Positions 47,596 through 58,747 of a DNA stretch of 64,000 bases are shown here, one piece after another. The DNA comes from an uncultured Coriobacteriia bacterium. GTDB taxonomy: Bacteria; Actinomycetota; Coriobacteriia; Anaerosomatales; Anaerosomataceae. A program made the position numbers and the translations under genes. Location: the NCBI GenBank assembly GCA_927439865.1, contig CAKMKD010000021.1, positions 2,522 through 66,521 of the forward strand, given 5' to 3'. Position 1 is the stretch's first letter; each line of letters begins with the position of its first letter. The notes beneath the pieces are model-generated. The model ran no database searches, was not told where the DNA came from, and saw nothing but the letters and a program-made list of their open reading frames with translations.

Positions 47596-47775
47596 TTCCC
47601 GTAATACCCCTGAGTCTCCTGTGGCCATTCGCGGCTCTCGCCGCATCATCGCGATGCCGGTCGTCGATGGGCCAACTCTTCAGTTCTGCGGGTTCTCCGC
47701 TGGAACCGACTTGCAAGGGAAGGGAAACGTATCACTGCATTTAATCTACACTTGCCAATCACACATTGCAACAGT

Positions 47776-47789
47776 TGTTACATGTAACA
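47776..47789. promoter_or_regulatory. Perfect 14-bp palindrome TGTTACATGTAACA in the acs upstream region
   Basis: 5-4-5 architecture (TGTTA-CATG-TAACA) inside the only clearly AT-rich stretch of a 438-bp intergenic region. Confidence 0.4.
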
Positions 47790-47994
47790 TGACGGACACA
47801 TTTTGACTCGCTGCCCGGTGTGTCCGTTCGGCTGCCGCTGACCGAGAAAACGCCGCCACACGGCTGAGCTGCGGGACAGTTTCAGCGATGTCCCAGCTAC
47901 CATGTGCGTAGGGGTATCGCCCCGCCTGCTTGATCCTGCTGCGGTTCGCCCGGATGGCGTTCCGCGATGCGTACCGAGTGAGGGAGGCGCACGT

Positions 47995-49983
<1,989 letters not shown>

Positions 49984-50005
49984 TCTGGCTTGAAGCGCAT
50001 ACAAG

Positions 50006-50037
50006 GAGGGGCTCCGGCTGAGTAGTCGGAGCCCCTC
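50006..50037. terminator. Bidirectional terminator hairpin between acs and the convergent IMPase gene
   Basis: GAGGGGCTCCG / CGGAGCCCCTC 11-bp stem, with TCTGCTTT on the plus side. Confidence 0.6.
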
Positions 50038-50043
50038 TCTGCT

Positions 50044-50874
50044 TTACAGTCCGAGTGAGGACCTGATGACCGCGAGTAGCTCCGCGTGCAAGGCCGGGTT
50101 TGCGGCACAGACGTCCCGGACGGAGGGCGACCAGTCGCCGCCGTCGAATCCGGTGATGATCGCTCCCGATTCGCGCAGCACGAGCACCCCTGCGGCGAGA
50201 TCCCAGGGCATCAGACCGAACTCCCAGAACGCGTCTGCTCTCCCCGCTGCCACATGGCAGCAGTCGATCGCTGACGAGCCATCGCGGCGGACATCGTGCA
50301 CATCCCGTATGATTCGCTCGAAGACCAGCAGCTGGCGGTCAAGCGTGGTCGTGCGATCGTAAGGAAACCCGGTGATCATGAGCGATTCTGGTATGGTCTG
50401 CGTCGTGGTGCACGTGAGACGCTTGCCATCAAGAAACGCTCCCTGTCCGAGCGATGCCCAGGTGCTCTCTGCGGCGGGCACGTTGCGGACCGCGCCTGCG
50501 ACTGGCTGCCCGTCCCGAAGGCACGCCACGCTGACTGAGTAGCACGGGTATCCGTGAATGAACGATGTGGTTCCGTCGAGCGGGTCGATGACCCAGACCT
50601 CCGGGTCGTCCAACTCCCCGCGGGTCACACCTGCGAGGTCGTAGACCTCCGGTTCCTCCACAACGAAGCGCGCATGCTCGAGTCGTTCGGCAATCGTTCG
50701 GACCACTGCAACGCCTGAGGCGATGTCCGCCTCGGTGACCATATCGAACGTGCTCGACTTCGTGCGAACCTGTCCGAGATTTCCGGCACGCTCGGATAGG
50801 ACGACGCCGCCAGCGCATGCGGCGTCGATCGCTGCCTGGAGCACAGTATCCACGGGGACCACCTCCGGTCGCAT
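50044..50874 (-). CDS. suhB: Inositol monophosphatase family protein
   Basis: WVIDPLDGTTSF and WDLAAG motifs. The symbol is family-level. Confidence 0.8.
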   Translation of the reverse strand: MRPEVVPVDTVLQAAIDAACAGGVVLSERAGNLGQVRTKSSTFDMVTEADIASGVAVVRTIAERLEHARFVVEEPEVYDLAGVTRGELDDPEVWVIDPLDGTTSFIHGYPCYSVSVACLRDGQPVAGAVRNVPAAESTWASLGQGAFLDGKRLTCTTTQTIPESLMITGFPYDRTTTLDRQLLVFERIIRDVHDVRRDGSSAIDCCHVAAGRADAFWEFGLMPWDLAAGVLVLRESGAIITGFDGGDWSPSVRDVCAANPALHAELLAVIRSSLGL

Positions 50875-50990
50875 CGGGTATCCTCAGTGTAGCGATTCGC
50901 GGCGCCGCACGAGCTTCGCGTATCGGCTTCACAGTCAATTCACACAGTCAGGGCATCATCGGTACGTTGAGTCCGAGAGGAAGCGGGTGT

Positions 50991-51677
50991 GTGGTGAGCA
51001 GAACCGTGCTCGTCGTTGATGACAACGCGAAGATCGTCGAGGTTCTCTCGGCGTACCTGAAGTCAGAAGGGTTCGATGTCCGCACTGCGTTCGACGGTCC
51101 CTCGGCTGCGAACTCAGTGGCCGAGCAGCGTCCGGATCTGGCATTGCTCGACATCATGCTGCCGGGAATCGACGGCATCGAGCTCACGCGGCGCTTTCAG
51201 CGCGACTACGACCTTCCGGTCATTCTCGTGACGGCAAAGACCGAGGAGATCGACCGACTGATCGGTCTCGAGGTTGGGGCGGATGACTATGTCTCCAAAC
51301 CCTTCAGCCCGCGCGAAGTCGTCGCCCGTGTGAAAGCGGTTCTGCGACGTGTCGACGGCTCGCATCCGATTGATTCGCCACCCGTGATCGAGGTGGATGA
51401 GATGCGAATCGACAACGAGCGACGTGAGGTCACCGTCGCGGGCGTGGTGGTGGAGTTGACGCGCACCGAATTCGAGCTGCTCGGGACGATGGCATCGCAT
51501 CCCGGCCGCGTCTACGGTCGGCTACAGCTGCTCGAGGCCGTCTCGGGCGACGCATTCGAAGGGTACGAGCGCACGATCGACGCGCACGTGAAGAACCTCC
51601 GCAAGAAGATCGGCGATGACCCCAAGAACCCGCGGTATGTGAAGACCGTTTTCGGCGTCGGATACAAGGTGGGCTGA
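50991..51677 (+). CDS. OmpR-family response regulator
   Basis: REC domain (VLVVDDN..., LLDIMLPGIDG, KPF) plus a winged helix (LTRTEFELL..., VFGVGYKV). GTG start after GAGAGGAAG. Confidence 0.9.
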   Translation: MVSRTVLVVDDNAKIVEVLSAYLKSEGFDVRTAFDGPSAANSVAEQRPDLALLDIMLPGIDGIELTRRFQRDYDLPVILVTAKTEEIDRLIGLEVGADDYVSKPFSPREVVARVKAVLRRVDGSHPIDSPPVIEVDEMRIDNERREVTVAGVVVELTRTEFELLGTMASHPGRVYGRLQLLEAVSGDAFEGYERTIDAHVKNLRKKIGDDPKNPRYVKTVFGVGYKVG

Positions 51678-51682
51678 CGCTG

Positions 51683-52819
51683 ATGCGCAATAAGCTCATC
51701 TGGCAGGTCTTCGTCTCCATCCTTGCCGTTTCGCTCGCGTCGATTCTCGTCACCGGAATCATCGCTCGGCGAGCCCTGTCGGCCGCATTCGAAGCGTATC
51801 TGGTGGCGGCACCCACACACATGGGCATCGTTCAAGGGCACGGGGGCATGGGACTCGGCCGCGTCTTCCTCGGCGTGGCAGAGCAGAGCTTCATGAGTGG
51901 TGTGGATCGGGGCATCATGCTCTCAGCGCTCGCGGCGGTTGGATTCGCCGCGCTCGCGGCGCTGCTGCTGGCGCGCTACCTCACCAGGCCGCTGCGGCTG
52001 CTCACCGACGGTGCCAGAGCTGTCGCCCGGGGCGATCTTGAGCACCGGGTTGATGTCGGCGGGCCCGGAGAGGTGAGCGAGCTCGCCGAGGCGTTCAACG
52101 ACATGGCCGGCTCGTTGCAGGGTAGTGAAACAATGCGGCGTCGGCTTGTGAGCGACGTAGCACATGAACTCCGCAATCCGCTCGCTGCGCTCCGTGCGCA
52201 GGCCGAGGCGATGTCGGAGGGCGTCTTGCCGATGACCGGTGAGCGCATGGACTCCATCGTGGAGGACCTGGCGCACCTGTCCCGGATTGTCGGGGACCTG
52301 CAGGAGTTCTCTACCGCTGAGGCCGGCGGACTCCGCTACGATCGTGAGCAGTTCGACCTGTGTGAGCTCGCACGTCGCGAATCCGAGCGAGCAGACCTGC
52401 TCGCTGCCGGCACGGTCTCGATTCTGACCGAGTTTTCAGAACCGGTGTGCATCGTGGAAGCCGACGCCTTCCGCGTGGCACAGGTGCTCCGTAATCTCCT
52501 CGGCAATGCTGTTCGTCACACGACGGAGGGGTCGATTACGGTGCGCGTGGAATCTGTGGACGGCTGGGTTCGGTTGTCCGTGGAGGACACGGGCGAGGGG
52601 ATTCCGGCAGAGGACCTGCCGTTCATCTTCGAGCGCTTCTATCGGGCAGACGCTTCCCGCGCTTCTGCCACAGGCGGCGTGGGGCTCGGCCTGTCAATTT
52701 CCAAGCACATCATCGAGGACCAGGGTGGTCAGGTCTTCGCAACCAGCACCGAAGGCGTTGGCTCCATCGTCGGGTTTGTTCTGCCGGCGGCAGCCGCTGC
52801 GGCCCCCGTAGCGAGCTAG
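51683..52819 (+). CDS. Sensor histidine kinase (TM-HAMP-HisKA-HATPase)
   Basis: Two TM segments, HAMP (EVSELAEAFNDM), H-box HELRNPL, N-box LLGNAVRHT, G-boxes DTGEGI and GGVGLGLS. Confidence 0.9.
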   Translation: MRNKLIWQVFVSILAVSLASILVTGIIARRALSAAFEAYLVAAPTHMGIVQGHGGMGLGRVFLGVAEQSFMSGVDRGIMLSALAAVGFAALAALLLARYLTRPLRLLTDGARAVARGDLEHRVDVGGPGEVSELAEAFNDMAGSLQGSETMRRRLVSDVAHELRNPLAALRAQAEAMSEGVLPMTGERMDSIVEDLAHLSRIVGDLQEFSTAEAGGLRYDREQFDLCELARRESERADLLAAGTVSILTEFSEPVCIVEADAFRVAQVLRNLLGNAVRHTTEGSITVRVESVDGWVRLSVEDTGEGIPAEDLPFIFERFYRADASRASATGGVGLGLSISKHIIEDQGGQVFATSTEGVGSIVGFVLPAAAAAAPVAS

Positions 52820-53385
52820 GGCTGAGAGCGCTTGGCCCGCATCTCCTCGCGTGCTGTTCGCACCGTTCCGAGGAACGCGTCTGACTCGCCGGGAGTCTCC
52901 GACACCTCGATCCCGTGCTCCGCAAGCAGCGTGAGCGCTGCCGCGACGGCGCGAGGAACCGCGTGCTCGACTTCCGGCGTGAGCCCGACGCTGAACTCCT
53001 TGGGTGCGATATCGCGAATCTGAACGCCGACGCACTCTGTGAGCTTGGGTTGCGCCCCGATGAGGCTCGCGGCGTTCAGGACGTCGACGAGCCGGATGTC
53101 GTGGAGTGAGTGCATCACCTGGTTCGGCGCGAAATCGTCGGGTGAGATCTGCACGACCGTGCCTGGCACGTGACCGGTACCGTCGATCGCGTCGACGATC
53201 AGCATGTACTCAACGCCCCTGAACAGGTGGAGCATGCCGAGCCCCATCGTCCCGGCGTCGATGACCTCGACGTCATCCGGGAAGATGAACCGTGTGCGCA
53301 ACTCCTCGGCGATTCGAGGGCCGACGCCTTCGTCGCGCATGAGCGTGTTGCCGACTCCGATGACGAGAACGCGGCGCTGCGACAC
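52816..53385 (-). CDS. Hydrogenase maturation endopeptidase (HyaD/HybD family)
   Basis: VLVIGVGNTLMRDEGVG N-terminus, DA(I/V)D and H motifs. GTG start after GGGAGG. Last gene of the hydrogenase operon. Confidence 0.85.
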   Translation of the reverse strand: MSQRRVLVIGVGNTLMRDEGVGPRIAEELRTRFIFPDDVEVIDAGTMGLGMLHLFRGVEYMLIVDAIDGTGHVPGTVVQISPDDFAPNQVMHSLHDIRLVDVLNAASLIGAQPKLTECVGVQIRDIAPKEFSVGLTPEVEHAVPRAVAAALTLLAEHGIEVSETPGESDAFLGTVRTAREEMRAKRSQP

Positions 53386-53492
53386 GTGATGACCTCCCTG
53401 TTGGTGAATATCCTCATGATAACGGAACGGGCCCCGGAGTAGCTCCGGGGCCCGTCCGCTTCTGACAGCTCACGCTGCCAGCTGATCACAGA

Positions 53493-54125
53493 TTAGTGAT
53501 CGGTCTCTTTCCACAGGAAGATGATCTTCGAGGGATTGAGGTTGTAGATGTTCGCCAGGTAAGCGTGGATCATCGTGAACACGATGAACACCCACATCAT
53601 GAAGTAGTGGATGATCCGCATGTTCATCGGACCGCCGACCATGTCCAGACCACCGGAGAAGATGCCCATGTTCATCGTGGGCCCGTAGATCGCGAAGCCG
53701 GTGTAGGCCTGCAGGTAGGTGAGCGGAATGGTCGCCAGATACGCGATCTTCTGGAGCGAGCCATACTTCGCCGAGATGACGCCTTCCTTGCGGAAGAACA
53801 GGTAGTACTTCACGGTCTCGAACAGCTGATGCTTGTTCTCCTCCTGCGGCAGCCAGTTCTTGATGTCCGTGTCGACCTCGCGGCTACCGAGCTGTGTCGC
53901 TGTCTTCACGAAGAAGGCGGCGATGATGCGGTAGGTGAGGTTGATGATGATCACGTACATCGCGACGAAGTGCATGCCGCGGGCTACGCCCATGAACCCG
54001 TTGAAGAACGGGAAGTGGATGTAGAAGCCCGAGAAGGCGAGCATGATCATGCATATCAGGTTGATGTAGTGCGTGATCACGAAGACCAGCGGGTGCGCCT
54101 CACGATAGTGAGCGTGGCCTGACAT
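53493..54125 (-). CDS. Ni/Fe-hydrogenase b-type cytochrome subunit
   Basis: Four TM helices with conserved His residues (HYREAHP..., HFVAMY...). Its ATG directly abuts the readthrough stop of the large subunit. Confidence 0.85.
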   Translation of the reverse strand: MSGHAHYREAHPLVFVITHYINLICMIMLAFSGFYIHFPFFNGFMGVARGMHFVAMYVIIINLTYRIIAAFFVKTATQLGSREVDTDIKNWLPQEENKHQLFETVKYYLFFRKEGVISAKYGSLQKIAYLATIPLTYLQAYTGFAIYGPTMNMGIFSGGLDMVGGPMNMRIIHYFMMWVFIVFTMIHAYLANIYNLNPSKIIFLWKETDH

Positions 54126-55781
54126 CTACATCACCCCCAGCGGTGAAGACATGACCGTGGTTCCCTTGCCGGTCGTTGTGTCCACAACGTGGACGGCACA
54201 ACCGATTCAAGGGTCGAAGCTATGAGCGACCTGCAGGATCTCAAGCGGACGCTCGGTGTCGAAGACCGGGGTGCCGACCAGAGCCTGCTCCATCGGGCCA
54301 AGGACGCCCTTGTCGTCGCGCGGTGCGATGTCCCAGGTGGTCGGTGCGACGACCTGGTAGTTCGCGATCTTACCGCCCTTGACTGACATCCAGTGACCAA
54401 CGGAGCCGCGGGGAGCTTCCCAGAGACCGGCGCCTTCGCCGTCGGACCCACGTGCGGTCACGAAGTAGTCGCTGTCGCCGCCCTTGATGGCGCCGATGAG
54501 CTCGTTGACCCACTCGACCGTCCACTGGGCAACGACTGCTGTCTCGAGGTTACGAGCAGCGATGCGGCCGAGCAGAGAGACGAGAACCGTCGGAGGCAAC
54601 GTTGCGCCGGCGGCCTTGCTGAGCGCGGCGAGCGCGACGTCGATGATCTCCACAACCGGCTTCACGCCGCTGAGGTAGCCGACGAGCATGCGGGAGAGCG
54701 GACCGACCTCAGCCGGGAGATCCTTGCAGCGAGCGGCCTTGCCCCACGTGTACTTGCCGTCAACGCTGTACTCCTCGTACTTCGCCTCGGTCTTGCCCTT
54801 GTCAGGCGTAAGACCGGTGGTCTTGTCGTCATACCACGAGTGGGCGACGTACTCGGTGACATCCTCGGGGCCGACCTTGTCGACCGTGAGGCCCTTGGCG
54901 CTCTCGATGAAGCCGCGAGGCAGGGAGCGCTTGTAGGGGTCGTTGTCGGCGGCCTCGAAGACGCCCCACGACAGGAAGTTGCCGCAGCCGCCACCGAAGG
55001 AGGCAGCGCCGAGCAGGAACGGTGCGATTGCGAGCGTGTCCGGGATGAGCGCGGTATCGACGAAGTTCTTGACCGCGAGAAGGCGGAAGAGGATGTCGTC
55101 GAGCTTCTGCTCGGTCGGAACGAACGCGGTACCACCCGGGATCGATGTCATCGGGTGCGGGAACTTGCCGCTCATGATGGCGATGATCTCGGCCGCAACA
55201 GCCTGCATCTCGAGAGCCTCGAGGTAGTGGGCGGTTGCGATCAGGTCAAGCTCCGGCGGAAGCACATAGCCGGGGTGGTCGAAGTAGTGACCGGTGAAGA
55301 TGGAGAGCTGGCCATTCTCGGCAAACGCAGCCAGACGCTTCTGGACTGCGCCGAAGTCGGCTACGCGCGTACCTGCAGCCTCGGCGAGCGCGTACGTGTC
55401 AGCGATGTTCGCCTTGAGGGCGTTCAGCGGGTTCACGTAGTCGAGCGCCGTGAGGGTGTAGAACCACAGGATGTGGCTGTGCAGATACTGTGCGCCCTCG
55501 ATGATGTTGCGGATGATGCGCGCATTGTTCGGGATCGTGATGCCCAGAGCCTGCTCCGTGGACTGTGCTGAAGCGTGGCTATGAGAAATCGGGCAAACAC
55601 CGCAGATGCGCTGGGAGACCCAGAACGCATCCTCGGGGTGGCGATCCTGCAAAACGAGCTCCATGCCGCGCCACAGCGTACCTGATACCCAGGCGTCGGT
55701 TACCTTGCCGTTTTCAACCTCAACCTCGACACGCAGGTGACCTTCGATTCGGGTCAACGGATCAACAACGGTGCGAGCCAC
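54126..55781 (-). CDS. [NiFeSe]-type hydrogenase large subunit with in-frame TGA (selenocysteine) at 54209-54207
   Basis: N-terminal RIEGH and RICGVC motifs. The ORF track stops at ...HSFDP-TGA. Readthrough gives DP-U-IGCAVH plus a 20-aa protease-cleaved-type tail and a TAG at 54128-54126. Confidence 0.75.
54173..54205 (-). promoter_or_regulatory. SECIS-like mRNA hairpin downstream of the hydrogenase TGA
   Basis: Lower stem UCG(G)UUGU/ACAACGA, 3-nt bulge GCC, upper stem GUCCAC/GUGGAC, apical GUU. The upper stem starts 12 nt after the UGA. Confidence 0.6.
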
Positions 55782-57004
55782 TATTTATCGCCTCCCTTCT
55801 TTGCTCCGCGCTTACGGTCGTACGCCTTCGCCGTCTCCATGGGAGGACCGTCGCCAACGCGACCGGCGGCTTTCATGCCGAGGCCGTGCGCAACGAGTGC
55901 AGCGGCTGCGACGCCGCCGACGACTGCACCAACGGTACCGGGCTGGACGTTGCCCAGCGCGCCACCGAGCTGCATGTCAGACATACGCATGAGGAACGGT
56001 GCGTTGTTATCGACCCAGTTGAGTCCACCACAGCCGATGCACGGGCTGCCAGCTTCGACACACCAGCTAACGCGGCGGTTCCAGCGGGTGACCGGGCACT
56101 GCGTGAACGTCTGGGGACCCTTGCAGCCAACCTTGTAGAGGCAGTAGCCCATGGCCTCCTGCTCGCTGCCGAGCACGTCAACGAACTCGCCGTTCTCGAA
56201 ATGACCACGACGCGGGCAGTTGTCGTGGATGCTCTGGCCGTAGATGCCGGCAGGCATGAGAAGGCTGACCGAGGCATCGGTTACCTCATCCGCGTACTCA
56301 CGCGTGACCCACTTCGTGGCGGCGACGAACTTGTCGACGTCACGGTCGGCCACGAGCAGCAGCTGGACGACCATCGCAACGATCCACTCCGGGTTGACCG
56401 GGCAGGTGGGAAGGTTGACGACGGGGGTCTTGATGTTCTGCTTCTGCAGCCATGCGGCAACACCTGTTGCTCCGGCAGGGTTCGGGTGGGCCTTGACCCA
56501 GCCACCGTCAACCGCGCACGAGCCAACCGCGATGACCGCGAGGGCGTTCGATGCGACCTCTTCAAGAATCGCAAGGCCGGTCTTGTCGGGGGTTCCGGCG
56601 GTCTGAGCGCGACCCTCGAAGCCCGTCATGACAGAGCCCTCATAGATGACGATATAGCCGCCCTCTTCGACTCTCTTGGTGATGTTGTGCTCGGCCTGCG
56701 TTCCGGCCGTCGCCATGATCGTCTCGAAGTATTCGAATGACAGGTAATCGAGGACGATCGTTGCGACGTCGGGCGAATCGACCTGAGCGATCGACTCGGT
56801 GCAGCCGGTGCACGAACCGCCGTTGATCCACAGAGCGGGCAGAAGCTTCTGCGCCCCCTCCAGTGCGGCGGCGATCTGAGGAGCCATCGTCTCGGACAAC
56901 CCGAGCATCGCGGCTACGGAGCCGCAATACTTGAGGAAGTCGCGACGGGTCACGCCACGGACCTCAAGCAGGTCGTGCAGCGCGCCGTGCGCCTCTTGCG
57001 CCAT
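55781..57004 (-). CDS. [NiFe] hydrogenase small subunit with Tat signal and C-terminal membrane anchor
   Basis: Twin-arginine motif TRRDFLKYCG, Fe-S cluster Cys patterns, and a C-terminal hydrophobic helix (VGAVVGGVAAAALVAHGL). ATG 57004 lies 9 nt after AAGGAGG. The ORF-track GTG 57013 abuts the RBS. Confidence 0.9.
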   Translation of the reverse strand: MAQEAHGALHDLLEVRGVTRRDFLKYCGSVAAMLGLSETMAPQIAAALEGAQKLLPALWINGGSCTGCTESIAQVDSPDVATIVLDYLSFEYFETIMATAGTQAEHNITKRVEEGGYIVIYEGSVMTGFEGRAQTAGTPDKTGLAILEEVASNALAVIAVGSCAVDGGWVKAHPNPAGATGVAAWLQKQNIKTPVVNLPTCPVNPEWIVAMVVQLLLVADRDVDKFVAATKWVTREYADEVTDASVSLLMPAGIYGQSIHDNCPRRGHFENGEFVDVLGSEQEAMGYCLYKVGCKGPQTFTQCPVTRWNRRVSWCVEAGSPCIGCGGLNWVDNNAPFLMRMSDMQLGGALGNVQPGTVGAVVGGVAAAALVAHGLGMKAAGRVGDGPPMETAKAYDRKRGAKKGGDK

Positions 57005-57657
57005 GCCATACACCTCCTTGGTGTCGTACAGGAACCAACAGTACTGGCAAAGTACGAGTCTCGTCGGGCTTCAGCCCGACACGTGCGCTATGCGAACGCC
57101 ACTCCTCCTTTCGCGCACAAAGATGGGATACTCTCAGCCGCAAACGGGAATGCGACGACAGCCGTGACCGGTGCGGCGTGGCGTCTCCCGGGGCCTACAG
57201 GAGGAAGAAGCGGCAAGGGCTGCGGCGACGGTGTAGCTGTTCTCACCATCAGATGGGGCAGACCTGCCCGGAGGTTCGATCAAGATGAGCCGATAAGATG
57301 AAAGGGGTCGCAAGATTGCACAGGCATCAAGCGGACATCCTGGGCAGATGTCGCGATCCCGTTTGCTGAGCCCTCCCGCACAGACCAGATGCTGTCCATG
57401 TCCCCCTCGGCTGTGTGCATAGAACACCTGCTGCTCAGTGTAGCAAGAGCGTAACAAGTTCGGAACGTGATTTCTTCGATTACCTTACGAGAGGGATTCT
57501 GCGCGCGTCGCCTGCAACCTGCTAGGATTCACTGAATCGTGCAGGAATTCGGGCACGGATGCCTAATTTCACCTATGAACGCTCTCCTGCGTTCTTCCGC
57601 CCCGGGGAGGAATCCGCTCGTGATCGTCCGTTCTCTACAGCGCGAAGGGTTTTCGGC

Positions 57658-57918
57658 ATGAGCCCTGCAGCGCATGGTCTTGTAGTCGATCTGCGTGGAC
57701 TTGCGCCTGCGATGCGCAGGCCCATCGTATTCTCAATCGTGGACAAGATGATCGAGGTCGACTGTCAGGACAGTCTCGTTCTCATCTGCGACCACGATCC
57801 CTCAGGGCTTGGCTATCAGCTCGACCTGCGGCGCGAGTCTCGCGGGTGCTACGAGTTTGATTGCGACCAGCGGATGGACGGCGCATGGGTGGCGCTTGTC
57901 AGGCGTCGTCTGACGTAG
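57658..57918 (+). CDS. DUF2249-like small protein
   Basis: The pattern VDLRGL.P..RRP.I......L.....L.L..DHDP..L..QL....G.Y.F........W.V.V.R resembles DUF2249. The start is uncertain. The ORF-track start at 57559 adds a non-conserved-looking N-terminus. Confidence 0.5.
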   Translation: MSPAAHGLVVDLRGLAPAMRRPIVFSIVDKMIEVDCQDSLVLICDHDPSGLGYQLDLRRESRGCYEFDCDQRMDGAWVALVRRRLT

Positions 57919-58612
57919 CGGCCAGGCGCGGCAAGAGCTCCGCGAACTCACTGAGCGTCCCCCGGTAATCTGATGCCGCGTCTTCGTGCGATCCCACGTA
58001 GAAGGTGCGCATTCCCACGTCTGCGGCAGGCAGGTCTAGGTAGCGGTCGTCGCCGACCATGATACAGTCGCGCGGGTCGACTCCCAGGTGCGCGGCAACC
58101 TGCCTGTAGTACTCCCCATGCGGCTTGCATGCCGTCATATCCTCGTAGCTTGTGACGAGCGCGAACCCGATATCGGCGAGTCCCGCCCATGCGAGGCGAT
58201 GCTGCACTGCCTGCCGAGGGAAGATCGGATTCGTCGCCACGGCGACAGGCAGCCCGAGCCGCAGCGCGGCTTCCACCGCGTCGCGGGCGCCAGCGGCCGG
58301 TCCGGCATCATCGATGAGCGTGGAGAATACCTCGGCATAGAAGCGCTCGTAGGCGGGCCACACCTCCGACAGGACGCTCCCTGAGACTCGCGCGAACTCC
58401 TCCTCGAAGACTGCCTGGTTCGTGACTCCCGGATGCGGCTCGCACATCGCACGCACGGCGCTCTGGATGGCGCTCATCACGGTGTCCGCGTGGGGTTCGC
58501 CGGCGTAGCCTACGGCCACATCTCGAAGCGCAGCGAAGTACCTGCCGAGGAAGCTCTCAAGATCGATACGGAGCAGGGTGCCATCAAGATCGAATAGGAC
58601 CGCGCGCACCAT
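57899..58612 (-). CDS. HAD-superfamily hydrolase
   Basis: Motif I LFDLDGTLL, motif III K (CKPHGEYY), motif IV VGDDRYLD. Confidence 0.8.
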   Translation of the reverse strand: MVRAVLFDLDGTLLRIDLESFLGRYFAALRDVAVGYAGEPHADTVMSAIQSAVRAMCEPHPGVTNQAVFEEEFARVSGSVLSEVWPAYERFYAEVFSTLIDDAGPAAGARDAVEAALRLGLPVAVATNPIFPRQAVQHRLAWAGLADIGFALVTSYEDMTACKPHGEYYRQVAAHLGVDPRDCIMVGDDRYLDLPAADVGMRTFYVGSHEDAASDYRGTLSEFAELLPRLAATSDDA

Positions 58613-58696
58613 GTGAACCCCCGTCGATGTTGCTGGCTAAGGGTGAGGATTCTATCACGTGAGCAGTTCAGGGGCATCGTTGTGCCCGGTGCGTCG

Positions 58697-58747
58697 TTGA
58701 CTCGAAATACCAGGGGGGGTATGCTTCGCGGGTACCCGATGGGGGTA
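58697..58747 (+). promoter_or_regulatory. Sigma-70-like promoter (TTGACT-17-TATGCT) with two tandem CsoR-type operator-like sites
   Basis: ATACCAGGGGGGGTAT at 58707-58722 fills the spacer and the -10 box. TACCC-GAT-GGGGGTA at 58733-58747 lies about at the predicted transcript start. Confidence 0.5.

Noticed and set aside
47701-47716. TGGAACCGACTTGCAA in the acs leader, resembling a sigma-54 promoter.
   Set aside because: The spacing is one nucleotide short and the -24 box is degenerate.
47911-47917. Isolated GGGGTAT half-site about 80 nt upstream of the acs start.
   Set aside because: No matching ATACCCC arm at the right distance. A single 7-mer is not evidence.
54393-56740. Long plus-strand ORFs (54393-55571 and 55565-56740) antisense to the hydrogenase genes. 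Similar long antisense ORFs occur at 1454-2290, 4679-6184, 7643-8701, 48817-50004 and 60542-61447.
   Set aside because: Each is antisense to a gene with unambiguous conserved motifs, has an Arg/Gly/Asp-rich composition and lacks an RBS. This is the expected artefact of high GC content.
57271-57282. GAGGTTCGATCA resembling a tRNA T-loop, checked as a possible tRNA-Sec given the selenoprotein call.
   Set aside because: Flanking sequence gives no T-stem, acceptor stem or UCA anticodon arm on either strand. No tRNA-Sec is recognisable in this window.
57134-57457. 107-aa minus-strand ORF in the hydrogenase upstream region.
   Set aside because: No RBS, an Arg/Cys/Gly/Ser-rich low-complexity translation, and no recognisable family. 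Typical GC-rich spurious frame.
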